From a virus, in the IMG/VR virus record IMGVR_UViG_3300044957_000619: a DNA stretch of 64,000 nucleotides; one strand, 5' to 3'. The notes under the pieces were generated by a model. That model was not told the DNA's origin, made no database searches, and was given only the letters and a program-made list of their open reading frames with translations. Made by a program: the position numbers and the translations under genes. Below, piece after piece: positions 46,983 through 57,399 of the stretch (positions are counted from its first letter, which is position 1; each line of letters opens with the position of its first letter).

Positions 46983-47830
46983 TTACGTGTTAAATTAAAT
47001 TTAAAACCATGTGGTACATATACTCTAATACCATATCTTCTAGCAAAGTCTCTAAATGCATCTGTTACTACATCGTGCACGCCGGTATAACTAAAATCAT
47101 CTACATTTATTTGTAAATCATTCAAATATAAATATGGATATTGTGCATTAATGGTAAAATTTGGAACTTCGTAATATGACATCAAATCTTTAAAATCTGA
47201 TATCAAACCTTCTAACATTTGAATTTTTTCTTCTAATGTTGGTTCAGTTACATGTTTAATTAATTTAGCAGGAGACCCAGCATAAATAGCCTTAGATTCT
47301 AATAAAGATTTAGTTATTGTCGAATGCGAACCAATTACTACATTATCAGCAATATCAACGCCGCTCATTATAACTGTTTTCCATCCTACGATGACATTGT
47401 TACCAATATTAATTTCTTTAAACACTCTAGGATATCCTTCTAAAATAGAATACCAAAATCCATGAGTAATTAAATCAACATCATGTGATAATCCAACATC
47501 ATTTCCTATAGTTACAGGATTAGCTAAATTTATATGGCCAGTATGGCAAACCATTCTATCACCAATGTGTAATTTAGCATATGGAAAGTTAGAGCCGCCG
47601 CCGCCAATAATCATACCGCGAGAATCAGTAGGTCCGTTGTAAAAATACTCTCCAATAAATATTTCTTCTGCATTTGCTGTAAATCGGTCTCCAATAATAC
47701 TATTATCACCTACTTTGAATTTTCCCTTGCAAGTAATTTTTACATCTTTTCCGAATTTGACATTATTACCAATTTCTAATTCATCTGCAACAATGTGCAC
47801 ATTTTTAAATAAATTTTTATATTCTTGCAT
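46979..47830 (-). CDS. Hexapeptide-repeat (left-handed beta-helix) acyltransferase
   Basis: IGNNVKFG, IGNDVGL, IGNNVIVG, IADNVVIG...AGSPAKLIK. Confidence 0.85.
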   Translation of the reverse strand: MQEYKNLFKNVHIVADELEIGNNVKFGKDVKITCKGKFKVGDNSIIGDRFTANAEEIFIGEYFYNGPTDSRGMIIGGGGSNFPYAKLHIGDRMVCHTGHINLANPVTIGNDVGLSHDVDLITHGFWYSILEGYPRVFKEINIGNNVIVGWKTVIMSGVDIADNVVIGSHSTITKSLLESKAIYAGSPAKLIKHVTEPTLEEKIQMLEGLISDFKDLMSYYEVPNFTINAQYPYLYLNDLQINVDDFSYTGVHDVVTDAFRDFARRYGIRVYVPHGFKFNLTRK

Positions 47831-48477
47831 TAAATTATTCCTCCGCTGATATTAATATTTTGCCCTGTCATATAACCAGTTTCAATCAAATATTCAATAG
47901 TATTATATAATTCTATTATCATACCCCAACGCTTTGCTGGAATGTTATTTTTTATAGTATCCCTAAATGCTTCGGGTATTTTATATGTTAATCCGCCATC
48001 AAAGTATCCTAATTGTAAACTATTACAATTGATATTCTTGCTTGCATTTTCTAGTGCTACAGTTTTTGTAAAACTATCAACAAACCCTTTACAACCAGAG
48101 TATATTCCAGTACTAATAACAGGATGATCTGCTAATACTGATGAAACTAGTATAATACGACCATATTGTTGTTCTCGCATTGTATGTAAACAATTGGCTA
48201 CAACATTTATAGTACCTTTTACATTTATATCAATTTGTTTATTAATCTGTTCTAATGTAGATTCATTAATTTTATGAGCAAATGCATCATGATTGAATCC
48301 GCTTAAATTAATAACAATATCAACGTGATTTGATTCAAAAAATGATTTAACTTGTTGAAAATTAGAAACATCTACATCTGCAGATCTAATGCTTAATACA
48401 TTGTATTTTTTTTGTAGTAGTGGAAATAGTTGACTGCCTAAGCCACCACCGCCACCAAAAAGAGCTATTGTTTTCAT
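47830..48477 (-). CDS. Short-chain dehydrogenase/reductase
   Basis: GGGGGLG, SS, YSGCK catalytic motif, TGQNINISGG. Confidence 0.88.
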   Translation of the reverse strand: MKTIALFGGGGGLGSQLFPLLQKKYNVLSIRSADVDVSNFQQVKSFFESNHVDIVINLSGFNHDAFAHKINESTLEQINKQIDINVKGTINVVANCLHTMREQQYGRIILVSSVLADHPVISTGIYSGCKGFVDSFTKTVALENASKNINCNSLQLGYFDGGLTYKIPEAFRDTIKNNIPAKRWGMIIELYNTIEYLIETGYMTGQNINISGGII

Positions 48478-49139
48478 CGTTTTCCTATAAAAATTTCTTG
48501 CGTATCTGCAGCTTCATTAAGTACATATTCATTGCCAAAATATTCTCGCAAATCATTAAAATATTTTGTTTTATCATGAAAAAATAATCCATGTAAGCTA
48601 ATATGCATATTGACATTAATAATTTTCCAAAATGGATCTTTTAATAGTTCACATTCGTAACCTTCGATATCAATTTTAATAACCGATACATCATTATCTG
48701 TTAAATTATATTTTTCAAATATTTGTTGAATTGATATAGTATTACACTCTATAGAATTATCTAATTTTGTAAAGCTACTAACACCGCCGCCTAATTCGGC
48801 AGCACCGATACTTATTTTTGGTTCAGCTGACACAGCTACATTTTCGCAAATTATGTTATCAAACATGTTTGATTCTACATTTTGAATCAAATATTGATAT
48901 GCATATGGGTCTGGCTCGAAACATAAACATTGTTTAGAATATTTTTGTGCTACTAACGATATAGGACCTTGCCATGCACCAATATCTATAAATGTTTTAT
49001 CTTTGCTTAGATGCGGTAGTATTACATCAAACGTTTGATTTTCCCAATGTGTTGGATAGATATGTGTCCAAAAATTATCTAATTCTGCGGTTGAGTTATT
49101 TACTACAAAATCAACGCCGCCTTTATTTAAATGTATCAT
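48474..49139 (-). CDS. FkbM-family methyltransferase
   Basis: FIDIGAWQG, FEPDP, IKIDIEGYE. Confidence 0.9.
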   Translation of the reverse strand: MIHLNKGGVDFVVNNSTAELDNFWTHIYPTHWENQTFDVILPHLSKDKTFIDIGAWQGPISLVAQKYSKQCLCFEPDPYAYQYLIQNVESNMFDNIICENVAVSAEPKISIGAAELGGGVSSFTKLDNSIECNTISIQQIFEKYNLTDNDVSVIKIDIEGYECELLKDPFWKIINVNMHISLHGLFFHDKTKYFNDLREYFGNEYVLNEAADTQEIFIGKR

Positions 49140-49825
49140 TTTACCTCTACTTTACTTGACCAGTTACTACTATGTTTATTCATGTTTGTTAAATAATATT
49201 TTTCATCATCCGGCAATGCATCTGGATTATAATAAAACGGTGCATGTTTTACAATATATGGATCTCCCGCGCGTAATGTATCATCACTCCATGTTGGTAT
49301 TGTACCCGGGGCATGAACTGCAAACGTCGTATCTATAGGATGCGGATATAGTTCTACGTTACCATCAATAATGCCATTTGTCCAATATGTTGATTCATAA
49401 CTATGTACCCAAGCATTTAACGGATATGATAGATCCAAATCATCAATTTTTATTGACATTCCTACTTTAGATTTATTATGACGTATTGCATAATCAATTA
49501 AATCATTAATAAAATTTTCAGGAACCGTATCTAATGGTATTATATCACTATCATTAAACACAAACCATTGTGATGTTATTTCTAAAAACTTAGGATGCCC
49601 CATTAATACCAAATCTCGAAATGCATGACACGAATTATCAGTAATATCATTATAAAATACATCGATATTTGATTGAGAATACCATTCTAATAAAGGTTGG
49701 TATGATGATTGATTATCAATTATTGTTATATTATGATAACCTTTTTTCTGTAAAATCGTAACTTGATCAATTAATGGATATAGCCTATCTCGATTCAATA
49801 TTACAATTGGTATGTTTTTATTCAT
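49136..49825 (-). CDS. Glycosyltransferase family 2-like
   Basis: IIDNQSSY, NDSD, IDTTFA. Confidence 0.75.
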   Translation of the reverse strand: MNKNIPIVILNRDRLYPLIDQVTILQKKGYHNITIIDNQSSYQPLLEWYSQSNIDVFYNDITDNSCHAFRDLVLMGHPKFLEITSQWFVFNDSDIIPLDTVPENFINDLIDYAIRHNKSKVGMSIKIDDLDLSYPLNAWVHSYESTYWTNGIIDGNVELYPHPIDTTFAVHAPGTIPTWSDDTLRAGDPYIVKHAPFYYNPDALPDDEKYYLTNMNKHSSNWSSKVEVK

Positions 49826-50682
49826 TGTTTAATTCCTTGTATCATTCCATATTCATCAAATTGAGGCATTCCACCCCATTTGCTTAACCATTTTTTTATA
49901 TTTTCTTGTTCAGCTCGTATTTGTCTAGAATCCGATTTACCATTGTTTTCTTCTAAACGGTGTGACCCGCGGGCTCCAAAATGCCAAACTAATGAATTTG
50001 TAGGTAATATAAATTTTATATCATGTTTCAACATTCGAAGAAACAAATCCATATCATCCCACGATGTAGGAGCAAATAATGGATCGTTACCGCCTACTTC
50101 ATCCCAAACTGATTTTTTTACTAATCCCGATACACCTTCGCCTTTAGGAATTTCAATATCTTTATTTAATCGAATAAAATCCTCAGCCCATTCATCAAAA
50201 TAATTAGTATCAAAATCATCATGATATGCACCAAATAATTCTTTAGGTACTATCGCAGTTCCTGGTCGTTGTGTTGGATTATTAAACATATCAGGTTCGA
50301 CTCTATGTGAGTTCACCCAAAGTTTTTCATTTGGATATTTTTCATGAATATCCATTAATGCTTTATCCCAATCTTTAGTTACATAAAAATCAGAATGAAG
50401 AAACATTATATACTCAGTTTCAACATGGTCGGCACATATGTTCATGCCCCCACCAATACCTCGAACATCGATGTTTTTAGGTTCAATGATTAAAGTTAAA
50501 TTGTATTTATTTTGATTTTTTTGTAACCATTCATTTGTACCATCTGTACAATTTTCAGCGTGAATGATAAATGGTGCGTTTTTGTAATAGCTATTTTTTC
50601 TAACAGATTCAATTGCTATCTTAAGATAGTGCAAATTATTCCATGTAGAAATACAAAATGTAATAGGATTAGAGTGTATCAT
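49822..50682 (-). CDS. Glycosyltransferase family 2
   Basis: CISTWNN, CTDGT, HSDF, WDDMDLFLR. Confidence 0.85.
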   Translation of the reverse strand: MIHSNPITFCISTWNNLHYLKIAIESVRKNSYYKNAPFIIHAENCTDGTNEWLQKNQNKYNLTLIIEPKNIDVRGIGGGMNICADHVETEYIMFLHSDFYVTKDWDKALMDIHEKYPNEKLWVNSHRVEPDMFNNPTQRPGTAIVPKELFGAYHDDFDTNYFDEWAEDFIRLNKDIEIPKGEGVSGLVKKSVWDEVGGNDPLFAPTSWDDMDLFLRMLKHDIKFILPTNSLVWHFGARGSHRLEENNGKSDSRQIRAEQENIKKWLSKWGGMPQFDEYGMIQGIKQ

Positions 50683-51298
50683 AATATGCATTTTGTTTGA
50701 TTTGTCGATCTATTGTTTTTGGATGATATAAAGAATATTCTTCTTGCATTGGTAAAGTTGCATATTTCGTAAAACCTTGCAATACTTCATGCACTTTATT
50801 TTTCCACATAATGTTATCATCATTACGATAAATTCTCCATTGATAATCTGGCCAATTAATCCACCCATGTTCGTTAACATTCCAGCCCCATTGTTGCATA
50901 TGATCTTGATTCATACCTTCTACAGTATTTATTCTAGGTACTAACATAACATCTACCGTAGGATTTGTTTCTAATATGCTTGGTAGTTGCATTATCAAAG
51001 TTTCGTTTGGTACTTCATCTGCATCAATTTGAAAAATAAAATTGCCAAAACAATACTGCGTTAATTTATTTTTCCATTCAGCAAAATGACTTTGAAATTT
51101 ATCCTGCCAAATAGTTATATGATTATCATAATGACGTTCATAATGTTTCAGCGTTGATATCATCTCATCATCTGCTTTTGTTATATCTAACAATACAACA
51201 ATTTCATCATTTTCTTGTTTATGTTTAAGTAAGAAATCAAGTAAACGCTGTATTTCTTTTAATTCGTTACAGACTGTTATAGCATAACTTATTTTCAT
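50669..51298 (-). CDS. Glycosyltransferase family 2
   Basis: ISYAITVCNE, QIDADE, WKNKVHE. Confidence 0.85.
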   Translation of the reverse strand: MKISYAITVCNELKEIQRLLDFLLKHKQENDEIVVLLDITKADDEMISTLKHYERHYDNHITIWQDKFQSHFAEWKNKLTQYCFGNFIFQIDADEVPNETLIMQLPSILETNPTVDVMLVPRINTVEGMNQDHMQQWGWNVNEHGWINWPDYQWRIYRNDDNIMWKNKVHEVLQGFTKYATLPMQEEYSLYHPKTIDRQIKQNAYYDTL

Positions 51299-52548
51299 GC
51301 TTCAACTTTTTTTAATTTTGGCAATGTCAATTTAGGTAATGACAATTCTACTTGTTTTGGTACTGATGCTAATGCGACATCAACGATACCTAATACTTTT
51401 TCATATACGGCTGCTATTGCAGTTTTAGTAAACGTTGAATTAACAAAATAACGTTGGCGTTTAGCTAATTCTTGCCATTTTTTATAATTCTTTTGCACTT
51501 CCTTCATCATTTTTCCGGCGTATGCATAATCCGGCGTAAACCAATTGGCGCCGTTAATTAAAAATTCATTCTGCGCAGATGGGTGAATTTCAGTTAATCC
51601 GCCTGGTAATGCACATATAAAATCTTTTTTAAGGAAATCTGATTGACCCGAATAATGTGGTGCAATGATCGGTTTGCCGGTTGTTGAATATTCAAGTAGT
51701 GGCCGACCAAAGCCTTCAGATTTTGTAAATGATATCATGGCTTTTATTTTAGGATGATTATAAAGTAAATTCATTTCTTCATCAGTTAAGTCGCCATGTA
51801 ACAAATATACATTTGGTAATTTTGCTCCAGGAAACATATCTCGAATTTGATTGATTTTATTTTCAATCTCCATTCGATCCATAACAGAATATGTTGCTCC
51901 GCTAGATTTCATAACAAGTGCAGGTGCATCTTTTTGATTTTTATATGTATTAAAAAAACAATGAATTAATCCACTGATATTTTTTCGATCTTCTCCAACT
52001 TGTCCTTGTAACCAATGTCCAACCGATAAAAACGCAAATGTTTCTGGAATTTGATTTAAAATACTTAAATTACCAGAAATCTTATTGTTATAAATTGTTT
52101 CATCAAAATATTCTGGAACTACTTCAATTCGAGCTGTAATAGATTTATTATTTTGTTTTGCCGTATTTTCGAATACAGTTTTAGTAAATTCACTTGGAAC
52201 AATTACTAGTTGCATTGAATTTAAATTATCAATCCACGCAGTTGGACAAATATCTCCTTCAGTACCTGCAGTAATACCAATATTAAATTTACCTACAGCT
52301 TGAAATTCATTAGGAACCGTGATTTGAACCCAAATATCAGGTTGTGATGTTAATGGCAACGGAATAATACGTTGATTCCAATCAATTGGAATTGGATATG
52401 TAAATGGAGTGTGACCCCATGGTAATGAGACTAATTTAATATCCCATTCTTTACTCCGTTGTTCTATAAAATTTGTAATTACTTCTCGTGCATGATGTCC
52501 ATACCCCGATTGCGTTGCTACTGGTGATGCTATAACTACTGTTCTCAT
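51295..52548 (-). CDS. Glycosyltransferase family 4 (GT-B)
   Basis: SGYGHHAR, DRKNI, KSEGFGRPLLE. Confidence 0.88.
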   Translation of the reverse strand: MRTVVIASPVATQSGYGHHAREVITNFIEQRSKEWDIKLVSLPWGHTPFTYPIPIDWNQRIIPLPLTSQPDIWVQITVPNEFQAVGKFNIGITAGTEGDICPTAWIDNLNSMQLVIVPSEFTKTVFENTAKQNNKSITARIEVVPEYFDETIYNNKISGNLSILNQIPETFAFLSVGHWLQGQVGEDRKNISGLIHCFFNTYKNQKDAPALVMKSSGATYSVMDRMEIENKINQIRDMFPGAKLPNVYLLHGDLTDEEMNLLYNHPKIKAMISFTKSEGFGRPLLEYSTTGKPIIAPHYSGQSDFLKKDFICALPGGLTEIHPSAQNEFLINGANWFTPDYAYAGKMMKEVQKNYKKWQELAKRQRYFVNSTFTKTAIAAVYEKVLGIVDVALASVPKQVELSLPKLTLPKLKKVEA

Positions 52549-54038
52549 TATTTTACAATTCCTATATTATCGTATGTTGTTTTCGTAACTTTATTTAATG
52601 TATATCTAGGTCGGGTTTCAATTTTTGCTGAAAATAAATAATCTATCATTTCAATCATTTTGTTGCCCATTTGTTCGGCAGTAAGTCCATTTTGTAATGC
52701 CCATGTTCTTCCTGCTAATCCCATTTCAGCTCGAAGCATTTCTGGTGTATTATACCAATATTGAATTGCAGCCGCCACATCTTCGAATCGCACTCGATCA
52801 TCAAAAATATACGGCGTTGGCGGCGAACCTTGTAGTGATCGATTAGATGGAAATACTGGTTTTGCCCATATGCCATGTAATTTATATTTTCCGGTATGAT
52901 TGGTTGCAAAATTGCCATCGAACCGTATCCATTCTTCATTTTCATCTACAAAACCACACTGATCTTGCAATCCGCCAGTTACATTATTGATAATAGGTGT
53001 CCCTGATAATATAGCTTCAGTTGAGCTTAGTCCCCAACCTTCATTACTGGCAATATTAACTACAACATCTGCAACATTATACATCGCATTTAATTCATTT
53101 GCCATTAATTTTTGTTCGGAAAATATAATCTTACATTTAGGAGCAATTGCATTTTTTACAGCAATTAAATCCGTACCATTTTCATCAACAGCTTGTGTAT
53201 GCATTACTAATGCAACGCGTTCTTTTTGTTCTTCTGGTAAGCTGTCTACGAATGTTTTGAAAGCTAAAATTACATCCCCAGGTTGTTTTCTTCTAATATT
53301 GCGATTATTCCAAAAAACTACAAAATCTACATCATTAGCTGATTTAATTTTTTCATACATTTGTTTGAATATTGGATCGGTAGATGCCAATGGTTTAAAT
53401 ACGTTATGGTTTAAACCGTGAGGAACAAATCCGGTAATAATTTGATTCCAATTTACATCCATTGATAGACTTTCACTGGCATCATAATTTACAACTTCAA
53501 ATCCGTTTTGTGTAAGTACTTCGCGATGAATATTATCTGATTGTTTGCTAATACCCATGATCAAATCACAACTTGCATAAAATGGAGCATTCCACATAGG
53601 ATATGGAAGATCATCCCAAATTGAATAATAAATTATAGGAATATTATATGTTGTTTTAATTTCATGTTCAATTGCATATAACCATGTCCAATAACGAGGA
53701 TCGGTAAAATGAAATATTGCATCTGGTTGCTCTTGATTGAGAATTGCAAATAATATGTTACGGTCTCCGTATCCATTCCATGGTATAATTTTAACTGATG
53801 CATCGGTTATGCCCGTTTCTTGTGCAACTTGAGCAGATAAATCAAAAGCCTGGCCAGCTTCGGGGTGTTTAAGTGCACCGCCTAATTGTACCCAATCATA
53901 ATGATGTACTGTGTTAAAAATAATTTCTCGGCTAATGGTACCAATGCCTGATGGCAATCGAAAATCGTCTGCTAACAATAAAATTTTCTTTTTTTTAGGG
54001 TTGTTAGGATCGATCTTTTTTAATTTTGGTAACTGCAT
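52548..54038 (-). CDS. Glycosyltransferase family 4 (GT-B)
   Basis: PSGIG, NRNIRRK, NEGWGLSSTEA, TGGLQDQ. Confidence 0.88.
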   Translation of the reverse strand: MQLPKLKKIDPNNPKKKKILLLADDFRLPSGIGTISREIIFNTVHHYDWVQLGGALKHPEAGQAFDLSAQVAQETGITDASVKIIPWNGYGDRNILFAILNQEQPDAIFHFTDPRYWTWLYAIEHEIKTTYNIPIIYYSIWDDLPYPMWNAPFYASCDLIMGISKQSDNIHREVLTQNGFEVVNYDASESLSMDVNWNQIITGFVPHGLNHNVFKPLASTDPIFKQMYEKIKSANDVDFVVFWNNRNIRRKQPGDVILAFKTFVDSLPEEQKERVALVMHTQAVDENGTDLIAVKNAIAPKCKIIFSEQKLMANELNAMYNVADVVVNIASNEGWGLSSTEAILSGTPIINNVTGGLQDQCGFVDENEEWIRFDGNFATNHTGKYKLHGIWAKPVFPSNRSLQGSPPTPYIFDDRVRFEDVAAAIQYWYNTPEMLRAEMGLAGRTWALQNGLTAEQMGNKMIEMIDYLFSAKIETRPRYTLNKVTKTTYDNIGIVK

Positions 54039-54070
54039 TTATTCCTTTATAACTTTTATATAAATATGGT

Positions 54071-54475
54071 TTAACCTAGTATAACCACCGGTTTTTGTAA
54101 TTTTTTAGTTCGCGTCCAGGCTGTTTGTAATACTGGATCTAATTGCATTTGATTGCTTAAAATCATCATGTAATCACATCGTTCTGCAATAAGCTGCATT
54201 CGATGATGAAGCTGCGAAAAATGATATGGTTTTCCATAATATGATTCTGGCATTGCTGAGTACATGTTATGTCCTGAAAATGACGGATTAAATTCTTCAT
54301 ATTGCAATCCAAATTCTAGTGCATATTTTCTAACCATACTGTTAGCTCCTTCGTTGCCGCCGGCACCGACTATAACTAAATCATCTCCAAACTTCTTTTT
54401 TACAAGTTGAAGCGTTTCTTGTATCTTTCTTTTATTCTGCCAATCTGTATTTCCGATGATTGCAATTCGTTTCAT
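54071..54475 (-). CDS. SLOG-superfamily (YspA/DUF2493-like) protein
   Basis: IAIIGNTDW, IVGAGGNEGAN, IAERCD. Confidence 0.65.
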   Translation of the reverse strand: MKRIAIIGNTDWQNKRKIQETLQLVKKKFGDDLVIVGAGGNEGANSMVRKYALEFGLQYEEFNPSFSGHNMYSAMPESYYGKPYHFSQLHHRMQLIAERCDYMMILSNQMQLDPVLQTAWTRTKKLQKPVVILG

Positions 54476-54690
54476 CGTCGTTCTCGTACAAATTTAACAC
54501 CTTTTGGATAATGCCCATATACTAAGCGAAGCATTTGTTCCAATGTTTTTCTGTTTTCTTTATGATCAGGTCCATCTATATTTGTGCATAATGAATATTC
54601 CATTACGCAAGTTTTAGTACCAGGCCACGATGCATGATTCTGCATTTGAAATTCGTATACATATACATGTTTATGTGTCCACTTGATCAT
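54472..54690 (-). CDS. Hypothetical protein
   Basis: 72-aa ORF. Confidence 0.5.
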   Translation of the reverse strand: MIKWTHKHVYVYEFQMQNHASWPGTKTCVMEYSLCTNIDGPDHKENRKTLEQMLRLVYGHYPKGVKFVRERR

Positions 54691-54708
54691 AACTTATTAT
54701 AATAAATT

Positions 54709-55662
54709 TTATTCACGAATCCTAGCATCTTTAGGACAACGTTCGTAATCAGTTTTGAATGGACAATAATTGCAATTAACTGCACCTTTACCTGCAACAG
54801 CAACATAGTTTCTATCAGCATTCTTATTACCTTCAGAGTCAAAACAAGCATCAACAAATGCATCAATCTGCCGTTGAATTTTCTTTTGAGTTACCGAACC
54901 AGCAGCTGGTTTATGATTTTGAATTCGCTTTTGTGGAAACATTGATTCTTCAACAATCTTACGTTTTACAATAAAAAATTCAACTTCAATCTTTTCACGT
55001 GGAACGCCAAATTGTTCTGCAAAGTAATTTTTATATGCAATTAATTGTGCTGACTTCATTGCATCTGATTTGGCTGATTGTTTCCATCCATTACGTGATG
55101 TTTTGATATCAAACAATTTGAAAGTATTGGTAGGTACATGGCGCATAACAACATCAATGAATCCATACCAATATACTGAAGGATTCTTTGGGGATGCAGG
55201 ATGGCATAATTCAATCTCAATGCCTACTAACTCCCAATCTTTGCTTGAAAAGTATTGTCCTCTTCTTTTACTAAACCATTGTAAAATGGCAGCTCCATCT
55301 TCTAAATATTCTGCCAACTGCAATGGATTTGAAAAATGTTCTCCGCCAAATTCTTGCACACAACGTGCATATTCGTCTCGAAGTTTATTTTGTAATATTC
55401 CACGCAAATCTAACGATTCGGCTTTCTTAACAGACTCTGTATACATTACGGTTAAGAAATATTGAAATGTTTCGTGGAAAGCTGTTCCAAACACCGTTTC
55501 AATTGATGCTTGGAACGGAGCTAATCCATCGATATATGATAGTTTCCAAGCAAGTGGGCAACGTTCATACATTGACCATTGCGAATAAGAAATCTTTCTT
55601 GGTACAGAAGCTGCATCTCGTACTGCTAATCTATATACTGGATTGATATAAGTTCCTTTCAT
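54709..55662 (-). CDS. PD-(D/E)XK nuclease (Cas4/RecB-like)
   Basis: ISYSQ..CP, GTAFHE, GFIDVV, DIKTS, QLIAY, CNYCPF...C. Confidence 0.85.
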   Translation of the reverse strand: MKGTYINPVYRLAVRDAASVPRKISYSQWSMYERCPLAWKLSYIDGLAPFQASIETVFGTAFHETFQYFLTVMYTESVKKAESLDLRGILQNKLRDEYARCVQEFGGEHFSNPLQLAEYLEDGAAILQWFSKRRGQYFSSKDWELVGIEIELCHPASPKNPSVYWYGFIDVVMRHVPTNTFKLFDIKTSRNGWKQSAKSDAMKSAQLIAYKNYFAEQFGVPREKIEVEFFIVKRKIVEESMFPQKRIQNHKPAAGSVTQKKIQRQIDAFVDACFDSEGNKNADRNYVAVAGKGAVNCNYCPFKTDYERCPKDARIRE

Positions 55663-55678
55663 ATTTTATTATATGAAA

Positions 55679-55888
55679 TCATTTAATTAAATCCAATTGT
55701 TCTTTCATATAAATTTCTATTAAATCTTTGGTTTTTTGCAAGTCTTGTTCAAACGAACCTTTGTGACGGCATCTTACAATGCGTTTGATGATGTCGAATT
55801 CATATGCGTTAAGTTTAAAATCTTCTGCAAACTTATAAAGTGAATAAGGACCTTGATAGTGTTTTTGTGTGTTTATGTTATTTTCCAT
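55679..55888 (-). CDS. DUF3310-like protein
   Basis: HYQG...IIKRIVRCRHKG..EQDLQK. Confidence 0.65.
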   Translation of the reverse strand: MENNINTQKHYQGPYSLYKFAEDFKLNAYEFDIIKRIVRCRHKGSFEQDLQKTKDLIEIYMKEQLDLIK

Positions 55889-56621
55889 ATTTTTTAACTG
55901 TTTTCATTTTTTCAATTGATTCTTGTTTATGTTTTTTTCCGTACATTGGATTTTTATCCCCATCATATAAACCTATTTTTGCAAACCGTTGTTTTTGTTT
56001 AGTGACATCTGATACAGGTTTATCGTATCGAGGATTGTCGGTTGGTTTATTATATCTTCCACGAACCCAGCCAGCTGGTATTGGTTCTAATATATGATGT
56101 TTTTTTGATATAACCCCATTTTTAATCCAAATGTATTCTTTACATTTTTCGGATGGCGATTTACCGGATTGTATACGACCTCTTTGCCACCCAACTGGTA
56201 TATCCGTTTTATCATATACTTTTTTATTTAATATGCCATTTGTTATCCAAAAACTGCCAGCAAACGGAGAACCATTTTGTTTAATATAATTTCGTTGACG
56301 TTCTAATTGTATTTTTGAGTTTAACTCTCTAATTATTTGATATTCATTACTACTAACGTGGTAAGTTCTTGTTTGAGTATTACTTTGTACTTTATTTAAC
56401 ATCATCCAAAATGCTTTAATAATGCCATGATGATTGGGATAAATTTTCCAAAGCAATTTATGAGCTATATAATGTTCTCGAGCAGTTAAATCAACTAAAT
56501 TATCTAGGTCTTCGGTGCCACCCATACATTTAGGGACAACATGATGTCGTTCATGATACCCTTGCAATGTTCTGGTACGAGCTCGATTGATAAGTTGATT
56601 GTATATTTTTTGATAATTCAT
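55878..56621 (-). CDS. HNH homing endonuclease (MobE-like) with NUMOD-type repeats
   Basis: MNYQKIYNQLI...HHVVPKCMGG...NLVDLTAREHYIAHKLL; WITNG/GWQRGR repeats; NPMYGKKH. Confidence 0.88.
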   Translation of the reverse strand: MNYQKIYNQLINRARTRTLQGYHERHHVVPKCMGGTEDLDNLVDLTAREHYIAHKLLWKIYPNHHGIIKAFWMMLNKVQSNTQTRTYHVSSNEYQIIRELNSKIQLERQRNYIKQNGSPFAGSFWITNGILNKKVYDKTDIPVGWQRGRIQSGKSPSEKCKEYIWIKNGVISKKHHILEPIPAGWVRGRYNKPTDNPRYDKPVSDVTKQKQRFAKIGLYDGDKNPMYGKKHKQESIEKMKTVKKYGK

Positions 56622-56631
56622 AATAGTAAAA

Positions 56632-56713
56632 ACCATGCATCTTTTGAGGTCGGAGGCTCTACTCGATACATGGTCTTGTTAAATTATTTTACAATGTAGC
56701 TCCGACCCTACAT
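56632..56713 (-). promoter_or_regulatory. Two-hairpin leader with complementary loops upstream of the HNH gene
   Basis: ATGTAG-GGTCGGAG-CTACAT and ACCATGTATC-GAG-TAGAGCCTCCGAC-CTC-AAAA-GATGCATGGT. Confidence 0.6.
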
Positions 56714-56730
56714 ATATAAATATATCACGC

Positions 56731-57180
56731 TCACTTGATTCCTTTTAACATACGTTTTTTCTCTGCTTCGCTATATCCGTACATGGTTATGATACGTTCC
56801 AATGCAACTTTATCCATTAAATCTGCATAATCTCCAGCTTCGGCACGACTAATTTGATAATGTTCTGCAAGTTGTGTGATTAAATCTTTATCGAACTTAT
56901 CTTCAGACTTTCCTTTGATATATTTTGCAAAGCTTTTATTGGTTGGCAGTAATTCATAGTACAATCGATATGTTTCTTGTGGCCGTAATAATCCAATTGT
57001 ATATGTTTGCAATTCATTGACTAACTCAGTTAGTTCCATTCGCATCGATAACCAACGATTAACAATAAACGGAGAAAATTTTTTTTGATCTGTTTCAGAC
57101 CATTTTTTCCATTCTCGTTTTTTATCCGTTAATCCACTAATTAAATCAAAAATCGTTGCACCTTTCTTTTCTTCTGCCAT
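56731..57180 (-). CDS. Clamp-loader small subunit (T4 gp62-like)
   Basis: FSPFIVNRWLSM...KYIK...YQISRAEA; near clamp-loader ATPase and clamp. Confidence 0.75.
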   Translation of the reverse strand: MAEEKKGATIFDLISGLTDKKREWKKWSETDQKKFSPFIVNRWLSMRMELTELVNELQTYTIGLLRPQETYRLYYELLPTNKSFAKYIKGKSEDKFDKDLITQLAEHYQISRAEAGDYADLMDKVALERIITMYGYSEAEKKRMLKGIK

Positions 57181-57183
57181 GTA

Positions 57184-57399
57184 TTATAAATTATATTTTT
57201 TACGATATTGTTGTTCTAAATATTCACCCATTCCTGCTTCTAAAATAACAGCAGTATCTGGTATTCCTATGATTCGTTTTGCACCTAAAATATCATCCAT
57301 TGATTTGTTTTGAAACGTTTTGATTTTGGTTTTTGCATTGCTACGATTTGATGATTTGAATACAATTGTAACTAAATCTTTATGATATGGTGTAGACAT
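57184..57399 (-). CDS. Hypothetical protein
   Basis: 71-aa ORF. Confidence 0.55.
   Translation of the reverse strand: MSTPYHKDLVTIVFKSSNRSNAKTKIKTFQNKSMDDILGAKRIIGIPDTAVILEAGMGEYLEQQYRKKYNL

Noticed and set aside
41281-54038. Bacterial O-antigen/capsule locus (host contamination)
   Set aside because: No wzx/wzy/wzz or ABC exporter; genes are contiguous with phage lysis and replication genes and use the same promoter motif.
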